Assembly (NCBI RefSeq): GCF_018350175.1
Contig: NC_058368.1
Coordinates: 27,220,001 to 27,284,000 of the forward strand
Source of the DNA: Felis catus
Taxonomy: Eukaryota
Direction of reading: 5' to 3'
DNA: 64,000 bases
The position numbers and the translations under genes are program-made. The notes below the pieces were generated by a model, which was given only the letters and a program-made list of their open reading frames with translations, ran no database searches and was not told where the DNA came from. Positions 13,291 through 27,142 of the stretch are shown here, piece after piece. How positions within the stretch are numbered: the stretch's first letter is position 1; the number at the start of each line of letters is the position of its first letter.

Positions 13291-13992
13291 TTATTCGTAT
13301 GCCCTTCTTATAATTTCTGACATCCTACTTATATCCCCTTCCAGGAAGGTTAACAGGCTTGAGAAGAGGACTGTCTTGCTCATTTCAATATTCTTGGAGT
13401 TTTCTGACTTATTGATCACCTCATAAATAAATGGAGCAATCAATAGTGGCTGAGTGAATACTTGAAAATCGCCCCCGGGATTTTATGGGAACCAGGTTCT
13501 GCAGCTTTAGGCAGAGAACCTGAAACTTTGCTTCCGAGTGATGTGAAGAAAACAGAACCCTAGTATATGAGGTCTTAAGAAGAGTTTCTATTGATTTTCA
13601 TTCCTGTCATTTAGGTTAGATCCCGTGGTCCCAATACTCTCCCCCCCTGCTCTTTGTCAAGCCCTTCTTCCTTCTTTTATGCAAAGATAAACTGGCTCTG
13701 TTTGGCTCTGTTCTTTTTTCTTCCCCCCCCCCCCCCCCCCCATGTAACAATCCCAAGCTCCAGTCCTACAGAACTCTGAAAATGCTATCAATCGTCTTTT
13801 CCCTATTTCTTTATCCATGACTTAAGCTTTTGTTGCCAAAAATAAAAATAAAACACAAACTTATTAAAGTTATGTGTCACCTTCTCGCTCCGCCATTCTC
13901 AAAGCTTTTCTGAGGAGCTCCCCAAACGCGGTGTGGACATGAGCTGAAAGTCGCAATACTCGGAAGTCGGTGGCATAAAAAGCTGGAACTTC

Positions 13993-14208
13993 GGGGCGCC
14001 TGGGTGGCGCAGTCGGTTAAGCGTCCGACTTCAGCCAGGTCACGATCTCGCGGTCCGGGAGTTCGAGCCCCGCGTCAGGCTCTGGGCTGATGGCTCAGAG
14101 CCTGGAGCCTGTTTCCGATTCTGTGTCTCCCTCTCTCTCTGCCCCTCCCCCGTTCATGCTCTGTCTCTCTCTGTCCCAAAAATAAATAAACGTTGAAAAA
14201 AAATTTTA
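13993..14208 (+). mobile_element. Young felid CanSINE (SINEC_Fc-type)
   Basis: CpG-rich, near-consensus body. 16-bp TSD aaaaagctggaacttc at 13977-13992 and 14209-14224. Confidence 0.98.
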
Positions 14209-14723
14209 AAAAAGCTGGAACTTCGAGGGAGATTTTGAAGTTGTTATTGGTGGGCAGTGACCCCGAAACACCGTGTAAGAGGGGATGCTGGGCCAGCCAG
14301 TGGGGGGGCAGGGTAGGCCGAGGGGCTGTGTTGGCACTAGAGAGACTGGAAACATGTAGACATTTGACTCAAATTGAGGATGGAAATCTAGATGGTGCCC
14401 TGCCCAGCCCTCCCAGTCACCTTCATCCATTAAGATGGATATAGCCATGAGGAGACACAGGAATACCACTCAGAGATACCACAGAAGGTGTGGCCTCCGT
14501 TCCCATCTGTAGCAAGAAAACCCAAGATCGAAGATGGGAGAAAGGCTGCCCTGCTTACAACTGGGAGTCTGTATTTCCTGTGACTCAATTAAGACAGTAC
14601 CATACATAAAACTAAAGCAAATTAGGAAAGAAAATGTCCTAAATTTAATGATATTTGAATTAATTTAATAAATTGCTGCATTGTCTGTTCTCTCGTCAAT
14701 TCTGTTTGTGAAATATTTTTCTA

Positions 14724-14915
14724 GGGGCAGCTGGGTGGTTCAGTCGGTTGTTCGGCATGCAACTTCGGCTCAGGTCATGAACTCGTGGTTCACGAGTTCA
14801 GGCCCCGGGTTGGACTCTGTGCTGACAGCTCAGAGCCTGGAGCCTGCTTTGGATTCTGTGTCTCCCCCTTTCTGCCCCTCCCCTGCTCATGCTCTCTCTC
14901 TCTCTCTCTCTCTCC

Positions 14916-14946
<31 letters not shown>

Positions 14947-14978
14947 AAAAATAAATAAACATTATAAAAATTAAAAAA
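14724..14978 (+). mobile_element. CanSINE with long (CT)n
   Basis: Head, expanded CT region, A tail. Degenerate TSD resembling aatattttcta. Confidence 0.95.
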
Positions 14979-15044
14979 AATATATTTTCTAAATCACATA
15001 GGCCACAGAGTCAAATGAGGAAAAGAGCGAGCCATGAAGCCTTT

Positions 15045-15210
15045 GGACTTTTACAGACCTGGGTTCTAAGCCCGGCATCAGGAGTCTGTGCTTTAGTTTT
15101 CTCATCCATAAAATGGAGCCAGTTCTCTCTCAGTTGCAGGCCTGTGGTTCAAATTAAAGAGCCCGTATGTATGCAGGCCCTTGCTGTGCTGGTCGGAACC
15201 CCTTAAATAC
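15045..15210 (+). mobile_element. MIR fragment
   Basis: cagacctgggttctaagccc...tctgtgctttagttttctcatccataaaatgg. Confidence 0.65.
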
Positions 15211-17326
15211 CGGTGTTGCTGCCTCTGTCCTCATACCCCATGTACAGTTCTTCAATCCTAGCCTGCTTAGATAATGAGAAAAATAAGCGTTCGTAAAATA
15301 CTCCCGGCTTTTAAAAGTTTTCAGATACAGAGCTGAGAGCTTACTTTCCTACCCTGCCATTTGCAAATAAGATTTGGGGGACACAAGATTACAGAAATTC
15401 CTACCATTATATTAATAATAGCAATTGGTGCTAATACAATGATGGCCGGGACTGGCAGTAATAGCACTCGGATACTTCCTAATAGTGCGCTTTTTTCTTT
15501 CCTTCCAGAAGCACCTGGCATGTCAAAGCCACACTGTCTTCCATGGGACTCCCTTTGTGAACAGCTTCCATTTAAAAGACTTTTGTGAGTGCATTATTTC
15601 AACCAAGTCCTCAGAGAACATATTTGTCTTCTGATCCTCCGGAGGTCTTAAGGTTTGTGTTCATTTTTTTTCTAATTTCTCTTAGTGAAGATATTAATTT
15701 TGAGGGATATTTTTAAAAAGGATAATAGTCCTACCCCATTGTAATAAGAACTCTGGAAGTAGAATATGCACAGACTGTAATCCCTTGATTTCACTGGGAG
15801 ACAGATAAAAGAAATGAAAAGAAATTTGATATGCTACTTCTCATACTTATTATTGTATACTCTGTAGAATGTTACAAGGATATTAGAAGTAAAATATCCC
15901 CCACTTGGGCTTCAAACAAATTTTATTTTGGGGTTCCATAAATTCTAACGGAATAGATTTAATAAATTTATAGTGAATGTCTATATATATCAGATTTTGT
16001 TAAGTGCTATCAATTAGTTAGAGGCCTTGTGGATACATTCTATTTTGAAACACTAAAAATCAAAACCTCATCTGTCAATATCAACTAGTATGATTATTAT
16101 GACAGCTTTTAAATTCTAAAGCCTCAGCGACCAGAGAGTTTTCATGTAGCTCTACCAAGGGGTACTCACCCTCTGATTTACAATGATAGAACAGGGTTGT
16201 TGTTGCCTTTAATACGTGTATATTAACAGCTTGAAAAATTGCAAACAATATTGTTGTTTACTCAATAAAAAAAAGCTTGCCCGCAAAGCAAGCGTTTTAT
16301 TTTGGAAGTACATGTTTTGCTGTTGAGATAGTGCCAAGTAAAACACTTTTATTTTGAAAGTACTTTCCAACAAAGACCTACCCGAAGGCTGAATTCAATC
16401 CATGCATCTTTCATAGGTGGAAAAATAAACAGGGGAGAGGGTAAAGCTTGGTACATTGAGTGGACAAAAACTCAATGAAGAGCAAGGGAGAAGGAACAGA
16501 GTACTTTCCCTAGAACGACCCGTCTTTTTCCACAGGCATTTATTTCATTTGGTTGGACTTCTATTCTGTCCAGGGTGACAAATGTTTTCTCCCCTAATGG
16601 CCCTTTCCTGTGGGTTTTCTTTTTATTTCTTTTATTTCTACTGAGAAACCAAAGTAGATTTCACTGCAGTGCTGGTACATTCCCGTTTTCCCTCTGCACC
16701 CTTCTTTGTTGGGCCTCATGACCGACGCACTTTGAAGTGTGAGGCACGCAGGACGTACTGGGGGGAGAGGGATGGGAAGTTGTGCCCCCATCTTCAACTT
16801 TCCATTCGGTCAATTTGGTAGCAAATCGTAGTGTGTAGAAACCTAGTAAGTGTATCCATAGAAACGGAAGTGCTAGAAAGGACTTCAGAAGTTACCTAAA
16901 TGTTCTCCCCTCATCTGTAAGCAAGACCCGGCTTGAGCTGTCTGAAACTAATGAGAATCTATTTGCCTTCAAACCTAGGAATCCACTTTCCTTTTTAAAC
17001 CTAATATAGATTTTCCTTCCTTAGAAACCCTATTGTCACAAAAGCCAAGGTAATTCCGGATGTCCTAGCATGATGGTGCATTCCTTCTTCCCTGGAGGGA
17101 GAGAACTTACTGGTCAGAGCCCCCTGTATCATCACAGATTCAGTTGCCAAGTGATCCTTTTTCTCTTCAGGAGAAATGAACCCACTTTGTTGAACTTCTT
17201 CTATGAAATTGTATAATCCGGCAATTTGCGTAGCCTTACGGTTCTTTTCTGAGTGTCTAAAGATCTCTATGCTCTGCTTAAGTTTAAGAGTCCAGACTGA
17301 TTGAAGGAGCATTAAAAATCATCTAT

Positions 17327-17520
17327 CAGTGTCTGTCAGTGGGGCCATTATTGACATTTCGAGGTGGGGGCAGTTCTTGACGATGCCAGATTATCCCATG
17401 CGTTCTAGAATGGTTAAACAGCCCTGGTTTCCTGGGACCAACGACCAGTAGCTCCCATAGCACCCAGTCACTGTGACAACCAGATTCAGCGCTCCTTCAC
17501 ATGTGCCCGCAGAGAGGACC
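17327..17520. mobile_element. MER20/MER3-like hAT-Charlie element
   Basis: cattattgacattt...agaatggttaaacagccctgg...ccagtagc...cccagtcactgtgacaacca. Confidence 0.6.
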
Positions 17521-19337
17521 GGGACTGCCCAGACTCCAAGCTCCTCACCTGGAATTGAGGATGCTGAAACCCGCAGAGTTGGATAAAGGGTGGGGAACCC
17601 AACTTTTAGCACTGGGAACACTCTCTTCCCTCGCCATCACGCTTCTCTTCTGGGCTTACCTTTATTTCCCGGCAGTCCAGAAAGACAGTAACATGCAGTT
17701 ATGAATTCTCTTTCGGAAGACCAGAATTTCTGGCTTGGTGTGTTAAAGGAAACCACTGGTATTTGATACAGGAACGTGGATGTGGGAAAGGTAATATCGG
17801 AACTCAGTGCGGGAAAATAGCAAAGAGAGGACAGTTCTGAGGATTTAGGGAAAAGACAGAACCTGGACCCCAGAGTATTAGCAGGGTTGATGTTACAAAG
17901 GTATTATTAGCTCGGTCACTGAGGAAGGAGTAAAAGGAGGGAAGACTGAAAACAGGTAAATAACAAAGGAATATTTCCTCACTGCCTTTTCACCACGTGC
18001 CCTACTTTCAACTCCCTACTCTATGTCACGGGCTTCCTCAGAAATTCGAGGATCCGTTTTGGGGGAGCTTAAAGGGCCCTTGATTGCAGCGGAAGCTCTC
18101 TCTCCCTTCAATCCAATATCCCTTGCTTCACCTACCCTCCACCAGCATTTCTCTCTCCTCCCTCACTTGCTTATTGGTGGCGACTACTTCATTCTTCAAG
18201 CAGAGAATGGGGAAATGACTTGATGACGTTTATCTTTCTGGATCCTTCCAAGGTCCCAAGGAAAGTTGTAAACTGAAAGAACGTGAAAACAATGGAGCTT
18301 TGGGACATTTCTCCCACAGAAGGTTGCTAAGGCTCTGATTTTTTGAGACATTTACCAAACTACAGGTACTTTTCCAAAGAAAAATTCTCCCTCCCTCCTA
18401 TTTTTTCTTTTTTGATTTAATGTTAAGAAGTAATTGAATTTACAGAGGTTCCTTATTAACAAAATAAGAAGAATTCATGACTTGAAGACACAATGCCAGC
18501 CAAGTAGGAAGATCTGGATTGTTATAATAGATTATACTTAATACCTGCCTTAATGTCTACAAAATAACACGTGATAAGTACAGAGATGAAAATGGGGCCT
18601 GGACTAGAGGACTCTGCTTTCTAGTAAAATGAGGAATCCTACGTGATAAAATGTATCGTTTATAGAAAGGCTTACATGCATGGAGAGAGAAATAACATCT
18701 GAGGCTTCCCTTATCTTGTGTTATTTAATTATTTAACGCTTTATGGCTGAGTTCCTCAGCCAGGTTTTTTTAAACATGGTGATTTTCCTGTTCTGTCTTC
18801 TTTTGTGCACAAGACCCCAAGTTATATTTGACTTCTCAGTTTCTCATTTCCTGAAATGCACTACTAGCTCTATAAACCTGGAAGAATAAATATTAGCTTT
18901 ATGAGACCGTGTTCCTCTAGTAGCTGAAAAATAGCATATAATAAAAAATACAAGGATGTAATATTGAAAATTATAGGTCAATATGCCCTCTTATTGTGGG
19001 TATATATCTAATCCTCCTGCGTGGAGACTACGTTTTTCAGAAAAATGTGTGCTGTGTAATACCACTCGTGTCTGTGATATATTTTCACCCCTCATATTTA
19101 ACAATATATCTCACGACTGTTGCCTCACGAGTGAAACATTTCAGGCTTATTTACCACTATGATTTAAAAAAAAACAAAAACAAAAACCTCTCTGGCTCTT
19201 TGCTATTAATTCTAATAATTGCAAGTGATCCAAAGTTAATAAAATGTTTGTAAGTTTCCGTCCCACTCCAGTACTTCAGTACCCGTGAGCTCCTTGGAAT
19301 TACATTAGAAAATGCTTAATGGCAGTTTCGGAAAAGA

Positions 19338-19384
19338 AAGGAAGGAAGGAAGGAAGGAAGGAAGGAAGGAAGGAAGGAAGGAAG
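19338..19384 (+). repeat. (GGAA)n microsatellite
   Basis: About 11 tandem GGAA units read directly. Confidence 0.95.
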
Positions 19385-19904
19385 GGTCTTTGTGAGAGGT
19401 AAAAAAAAAAAAAAAAAGTCAACTGTGGTCTTGAACAGCTAATCAATACTTTAAATGTCCAAATTGTTATTCTAAAACCCAGCCTCTAATTATACATTCT
19501 TAGCAGCAGTGAAAATGTGGCATCCATTAACCATCCCTTAAACCTCACATTTACACCCCATAAGGAAGAAAAGAGTGACTTACATGGATACTGTATGATT
19601 GAAACACTCTTTTAAAGCCAGAGGATTCAATATAATTATGTTCAGATAATTCACTTCCATCTGGAAATTATCATCCATTTGCCAAAAGTGCCACTGACTT
19701 ATCATATCAAGGACAGTCTTTTCTTCTACATTAGCTCTCCATTGTTCCTCTTGCTAAAGATGGAAAATAATCAGCCTTGTATATTCTAGGCTCAAAAGTA
19801 AGAAAATTGGACTTACTGGAATAGTTCATTCTTTTTTTCTTTTTCTTTTTTGGAATAGTTCATTCCAATAGCCTAAGTTTCTACAATATCTTTCTTTTAA
19901 ACAC

Positions 19905-20325
19905 CATAATTTTTAAACTATATTTTTATTATGAAGTAGTTTAAACCTATAGAAAGTAAAGAGGCCTATGTATCCACCCCTATATTTTAATATGTTGATA
20001 CTATTATATTTGCTTTGGATCTCTTTTTTTTTAAGGCAAAAAAAAAAAAAATCAACATCCTTCCTATTCATCCATCCCCAGAAGTAATATTAACTATAAC
20101 AATATTGCTGTATATTATTCCATTTATATTATATTATATTATATTATATTATATTATATCATATTATATTTATTATATATACTGTTTATGGAAATAAAAA
20201 TATGTAGATATATATCCATAACTATTATAAGTCTGTAGATGTATCTATATAGAATATTATTTAAGTTTACGTGGGTGAGATCATACTGAATGTATACCTT
20301 TGCAACTTGTTTTTCTTCAACATTA
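19905..20325 (-). mobile_element. Old L1 (L1ME-like) 3' fragment containing (TATAT)n low-complexity sequence
   Basis: tttttattatgaagtagtttaaacctatagaaag, ccccagaagtaatattaact, atcatactg...tgcaacttgtttttc. Confidence 0.55.
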
Positions 20326-20537
20326 TTTTTTTTATTTTTTAAATACTTATTTTGGGGGAAGGTGCACATGAGTGGGGGAGAGGCATAGAGAGAGGGAGAG
20401 AGAGAATCCCAATCAGGCTCTGTGCTATCAGTGCAGAGCTGGACTTGGGGCTTGAACTCACAAACCGTGAGATCATGACCTGAGCCAAAACCAAGAGCGG
20501 GATACTTGACCCATCGGGCTGAGTCACCCAAGCACCC
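20326..20537 (-). mobile_element. CanSINE
   Basis: Reverse-complement head, with TSD cttcaacatt on both sides. Confidence 0.93.
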
Positions 20538-20809
20538 TTCAACATTGTTATTATTTTTTTAATTATCTGTTAATATAGGGACATCTGGCTCATTCTTAGT
20601 AGTTAATTATCATGTAGTCTCCCAAACAAAGTACATCTACCTTCTCATAAAAGAACATTTACCAGCCTTCTTTTTGTCTGGACAACCATCTTTCTGCACC
20701 CATTTTATCATTCACGGTAGACACACGGGTTTACCACGTGGTGTTGCTGTATCCTGCCTTCCACAGAAGAGGTACCGGGAAGTATTTGTTCTTTAAAACA
20801 TACTACAAA

Positions 20810-21023
20810 GGGGCACCTGGGTGGCGCAGTCGGTTAAGCGTCTGACTTCAGCCAGGTCACGATCTCGCGGTCCGTGAGTTTGAGCCCCACATCGGGCTCT
20901 GGGCTGATGGCTCAGAGCCTGGAGCCTGTTTCCGATTCTGTGTCTCCCTCTCTCTCTGCCCCTCCCCCGTTCATGCTCTGTCTCTCTCTGTCCCAAAAAT
21001 AAATAAACGTTGAAAAAAAAAAA
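20810..21023 (+). mobile_element. Young felid CanSINE
   Basis: 15-bp TSD aaaacatactacaaa at 20795-20809 and 21024-21038. Canonical TT/AAAA endonuclease site. Confidence 0.98.
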
Positions 21024-24000
21024 AAAACATACTACAAAACCTTTTCTTCCTTCTTGTCAGCAAGCTTTTCTATTTTGTTTTGTTGTTACTGTTAGATGTG
21101 CCTTCATCCCTCCCTCCTGATTTTTCCGATGGGCAGTTTTCAATGTGGCTTCCATCTCACACAAGTGTTAAATGTGTCCAAACAGTGAGAAAAGACAAAA
21201 GAAATAGAGCAAAGACAAAGAGAGAATGCAAGAAGGAAGAAGGGATTACTTCCAACCCTTAGACGCTGAGGTGCAGTTGGTGTCCATGAGAGAGAGATTT
21301 TAAAGTGTATTTGCATCATCTTGGAGGTCAGCTAGTTTTGGGAGGACTTTCCTTTTCCATTCGACCAACCAAACGTTTCCTTTTGTCTCTTGGTTTCATA
21401 ACAACATTAGAAAAATGTGTGTTCGATATTTTAAAAAGTTAGATATGATGTTAACAGTTTCAAGATGTAAAGTTAAATATTTGTTTAGTGCCTGGTGTCT
21501 TCAAAAAAAAGGGCACTATCAAAATTCCTCAAAGGAATATATATGTGTACTTGTTTTTAGCAGATTTTAGGGTTGTTTTGTGAGTGTTTTACCTAGTGCA
21601 GACTAAATAAATCTTTTTGAATGGTTGAATGAATAAACAAGGTAATAAATATTTGTAGAGGTTACAGTAATAAATATTTGTAGAGGTTGTGTGGTCATTT
21701 GACTTGGAGGTATTTTAGCCTTCCTAGTAATCATCCTTCATTTACTAGAACACTTAACTTCAGCATATTTCCACCTCCTATGATTGAAAACTGAAGTCTA
21801 AAAACAAATGGAAGATCAGAGTTAACGGAGAGCATCAATTTTCGAGAGTTATTAGAATTAAAGTCTCTGTTTCGGGTTCCCAGATTGTTCAGGGCTATAA
21901 AACAAGGGTCTACTCCCTTAAAAATTTAAAAGCTGTGTATATAAGAGTTTACACTCTTCTCATATTCTGTTCTGTTTTGTTATTCTAAGAGATTAAAGCT
22001 TTTATTTTGGGGGGGTCAATCATATTTTTGTATATGACTGTGGGCTGCCCCAACTGACACCACTAAAAAAAAAAAATGCAACTTTGAAAAATTCAAGAGT
22101 GAAAGCAATTATTTCTAGAATTGGCAGAGCCTTTCCTGGGTTCAATTCTCACTCTGTTTAATTATTTATTCCCTTCAAGATGCTGGGAATTATTATACTG
22201 TAAATTATCTTACCACTTGCCAAATGAAATTTTCTATATGAAAAGATTAATAAGTATTGAGAATTTTCTTTGGTCTCCCTTGCAAGCAATGTCCTGGTCT
22301 TTTCTGAAAGTCAAGTCTGTAGGGTTCTTTCCCCCTCGATCTTTATTTTTTGTAGTATTTGATGGAGTTCTGCTAAGCTAAGATTTGGGCCGAGTTTAGC
22401 TTTCAGCAGACTTTTGTAACTGAGTATAAGTCTTCAGAAAATAGAGTTTCTGTCAGAAATTCTTGCTCACATTACTTACAGCTACTGTGCTGGGCATCAC
22501 CATAACACTTGGACTTCCCTGTATGTCTAGAATCAGCAGGGAAATGCTTTCGATCTTAACCCACATATGTTTTTAAGTAGGGCTTATTCTAGCAGTCCAG
22601 ATATTCCCAATATGAGCTCATTAGTGCTATTTTCTAACATTAAATTATGATTTTTATCAGTATCCATTGTAATCATAGATCTGCAGATGGCCTCGGGTTC
22701 TCATTTGGCATGTTTGTTAATAAGTGTGGTGGAATTTCCAGTAAATCGTACATCCTTTATTTCGGCAGATTTTACTTTAGGAAGTAAAATGTCTGCTCTG
22801 TCCATCTGTGTGCCTCCAAGTTGTTGTACTGGGACTCGACTGAAATTATCACCAAATCTGTAGCCTTCCTCGCCTTCCTCTGCAGGCTCACTCTCTCAGG
22901 AGTGGGGCAGCTCTGCCCTGATCCCAACCACAAAGATGGGAGTTGCAGAAGAAAATGAGGAAATGTGCCTGGTAGTAATGGGCCTACTCTCATCCCTTTA
23001 TATTTATTTTCCTTTACTTTTATATTAGAGTCCATAGAATTAAAAAAAAAAAAAAGGAAAGAAAGAAGAATAGCAAGGCCATCAGTGGCTTGGCAGAAAG
23101 ACAGCTGGTCATGATGTTGGATTGCAGGTTTTTCAAATATAATTTGAGAAAGTATCTGTCAAAATTTGAAATGGAATGGGAAAACAGTAAAAAACTCTCA
23201 GGAGTTTGGTTCAGATGAGAGGATCATCAAGTTCATTTCGAGTAAATTGAAACCTAAATTTGGATTCCTCAATAAGCAACTGTGCAAAATGCAAGGGGAA
23301 ATAATGCATTATTCCTAAAAGTGTTGAGGACAAAATTAGGCTAACAAGTCTAGGCAGAAAACAAAACTGGTAAGTGTTAGGAACCCAGAAAATCTGTAAA
23401 TGTCAAGTGTGCTCTTACCACCTGAGATATAGACATGAATAATTAAGGACAAAGAAGTCCAAGGATGCTTTTGAAAGAGACAAAATTAACACCCTAATCT
23501 GGGTGAACCAGAAAGAACACACTTGTTGGAATCACATGATGTTTAATCTCAAGGACAGTTATATAAATGCAGTAGTATAAGCTGTTGGCTAGTGAAAGCC
23601 TCAACAACTGTTAACAACAAAACCCTCTCCATCCTGCTTCATGAATCCCTAACTTCCCCCTAATCATTTTATTCTAAGATGATCCACACTGGGAGGAATT
23701 AACAGAAGTTTGGCCCTTGACCATTCTACGCCATTTGTATTATTTTAGAAACCAGTATATTAACCTAAAGTCAGTGGTAAGCTTTATTTGAATATAGGTC
23801 TCAATATACTTCTTTGACAAATTTATTACTATTTAAATTGAACCGGTGTTTTAAAATTGCAGGTGTATTGGTGGTGAGACCCAGGAAGGTGATTTACAAG
23901 TGACTGAGTCTTTTCATTTACGTGTAACATTTTATTTCCCCTCAACAGTAAGGTTTCACTCAAGGGAAAGAATAGTAAGACATTAAAGTACAGGGCACCT

Positions 24001-25624
24001 GACTCACAGCTTGTGTCTCCAGTCAAGAAAGAGGTCACAGAGAATGGACCTTGCAGCCCCCCAGCCCAGACTGATAAGTGGGAGAAAAAGATAAGGGCTG
24101 GGAGAGGTGATTGCCTACCAGCTTTCTCTTCCCTATTATCCCAGAATTTGGCATGCAGCCAGTGTTTCTTTAGCTTTAGCTTCTATTGATAGCACAGGAT
24201 TTGTGTGTGTGTGTGTGTGCGTGGGAGCACTGGAGGTAGGAGAGGGAGTTCCTTTTTAAACAGACACAAGCGAACGCCATATTTTTATGAGAAAGTCATT
24301 TCTCTAAATTCTTTCCTGAAAATATGGACAACATTTGAATAAATACTATAGGCAAAAGTTTTCCAGATTAAAACGTCTGAGACCATTTTTATTCAGTCGA
24401 AATGTTTCACGCACACAAAGGAATGCTATTTACTGAACAATGCCATCCCTGTTAGAAATTCCATCCTAAATTTTAGCAGAGAAAGTGTAATCCCAAAATA
24501 AAGATGAGTTAAGGGAATGGAATGTACTTTTCCTTTCATTTAAAAGGATTTCCTTTGTTGTTTTAAAATCCTGGGTAAAAATCGATTAATCACACTTTCT
24601 TGGAATTATCATAAGTATGTATATTTGACAACCCAAGAAACAGCAGTCATAAAATGAAACAACTTTCAGTATTCTAGAGGTCATTCTTCTTATTTAGAGA
24701 CATCACTAAATTGCAGTTTAGTAAAAGATATCACATTAAGAAATTCCACTTGCGTTTATAATATCCATTTATAAAAATATTTATAAACACGATAGAAAAT
24801 ACAATTTATAAAAATGTAATTTTACTTATACACTTCTCAGCAAAGATATAACCCACATAAATTCTGCTACCTTCCTTCCTGAGGATTTCTGTCATTTATG
24901 AAAATACGCAGTAGCGTAATCTGTTGATTAAAAATGCTAAAATTGCATTTTTAAAGTGAATGTTGAAAAAGGACGTGGCAGGTATAGACAGTACTATCCT
25001 CTTAGCTTTACTGCATTTAGAACTTTTTGTTTCTAAGATGACCTCACCCAGCTTCATTTTCATTAAGTCCTAGAGGGCAATGCTGAGAACTTTGCCCAGA
25101 GTGGGCTGTGATTGAAATGTTTACTGAACAAATAAATAAGAAAATTAATTAAAGGTGGCCTACAAGGGTGAATTTCCAAAAACCCCACGACTTCAGTGGG
25201 CCAAATACCAGATGGGAAGGGTTTGGGAGACATAATGCTACATGTTCTCGTTTTATGCTTCCTCTCCAAGGACTCACTCTATTTATTGCCGTGGCATCTG
25301 GCAGGCTTTCTTTTCTGGGCCCAGCATGCTCCATGCCGTGTGTTAGTGTTTTCCTGGAATGAAAGTCAAGGAAATACCATGTCTAAAAATATGCTTTATG
25401 GGTTTTCAAAAATATAGTATTTCCTTTCTACTAGCTCATTCACTTTGAGGTCCTAATAAATGACATTTATGCATAGGAAAAAAATCACAGTGAATCTGAT
25501 TTTATCTACACAGCAAATATAACAATTGCTTTCACAAAATGTGCAAACGTTGTCCTCCTCTTCTGTTTCTGAGACGTTTTATTTTTGTGGGTTTATGGCC
25601 ACAGGCACTCCATGCTCACTGAAA

Positions 25625-25830
25625 ATAGTCCCTAAAACATTTACTCAGTGCTTCTTTATGCCAGGGACTGTTTTTCACATATATCAAGTATAGTCCTTTA
25701 ACGATCCTGTATAGAAGGTATTATTTATATTATTTATCACTCACATTTTATACATAAGGACATTTAGATGTAGACTATCTAAATACCTTGCCAGATTCAC
25801 ATGACTAGTATCTTACAAGCTTGGTGAGGC
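25625..25830 (-). mobile_element. MIR
   Basis: acatttactcagtgcttctttatgccagg...cacattttatacataaggacat...aaataccttgccagattcacatgactagta. Confidence 0.6.
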
Positions 25831-25880
25831 TTTCTTCTTTTGATTTTTAAAATTCATTTATTATTTATTATGAAAGACTC

Positions 25881-26107
25881 TTTTTTTTTAAATTTTTTTA
25901 TTCAACGTTTATTTATTTTTGGGACAGAGAGAGACAGAGCATGAACGGGCGAGGGGCAGAGAGAGAGAGGGAGACACATAATCGGAAACAGGCTCCAGGC
26001 TCTGAGCCATCAGCCCAGAGCCCGACGCGGGGCTCGAACTCACGGACCACGAGATCGTGACCTGGCTGAAGTCGGACGCTTAACCGACTGCGCCACCCAG
26101 GCGCCCC
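25881..26107 (-). mobile_element. Young felid CanSINE
   Basis: Near-consensus reverse complement with TSD aaagactc. Confidence 0.98.
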
Positions 26108-27142
26108 AAAAGACTCCGTTTTTAAAGATAGTTTTGCAGCATTTTACTATGAATATGTTTACCCGTACAGAAAAGTTGAAAGAAATTTACAGTGAACACT
26201 CATATCTCCACCACTCTCATCCCATCCCTCTGTCCACCCATGAACCCATCTTCTTTTGGGACACATTTTAAAGTAAGTTTTAGACATCAGCACCATTCCC
26301 CCCCCCCCCACACACACAATCCTTTGGCTTATATATCATTACCAGAATTCAAAGTTTATGATTTTTTTATAATTCTTTTTTTTTTGGTACAATATGTGTT
26401 TATATAAAATGCATAGATCCTAAGTTTGCATTTTCATGAGTTCTGACAATGCCTACCCTTGTGCTGCTCAAACCTACATCACCTCAGAAAATTCCCTCCT
26501 ACCCCTTCCCCACAAATCCCCAGCCCTCTTCGACCACCCAGCGTAAATTACTTCGAGTTCTAGAACTTCATAGAAACGGAATCATACGCTACGTACTCTT
26601 TTGTGCCGGGTTTCCTTCACACAGTTTGATGTTTCTGAGATGACTCTGTCCCGGAGTTTATCAGTGGGGCATTTCTATTTCCTGCTTAGTGATACCGTGT
26701 TATATGAATATACCACAGTTTATCCATTCTTCCTTGGATGGACACCTATGCTTGTTCCAGGTTTGACTATTATAAATGAAGTTATTATGAACAATCTTGA
26801 GCGAGGCTTTTTGTCAACATAGGCTTTCATTGCTACTAGTTCCACATCTAAGAGTGGAAGTTTAGGTCATTAAGTGCATATTCAGTTTTGTAAGAAATTA
26901 CCAGGTCTTTGTCCAAAGTAGTTGCACCATTTTACATCCCCACCAATAACAAATGATAGTTTTAGTTCCACATCCTCAACAACATTTGGTATTGTCAGTC
27001 TTTTGAATTTTAGCCACTCTGGTGGGTTTTTAGTGGTATTTCCTTGTTATCTAATACGTGTTTTACTTGATAACTCGTGTGGAAACCTTCTTTGTGTGCT
27101 TAGTAGCCATTCGTAGATCTTCTTTATAAAATGTTTATTAAA

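Noticed and set aside
13723..13741. C19 homopolymer as a G4 element
   Set aside because: Isolated homopolymer of unreliable length with no supporting context.
22860..22980. Possible + strand coding exon after ccttcctctgcag
   Set aside because: The donor is weak and the one open frame resembles no protein I recognise.
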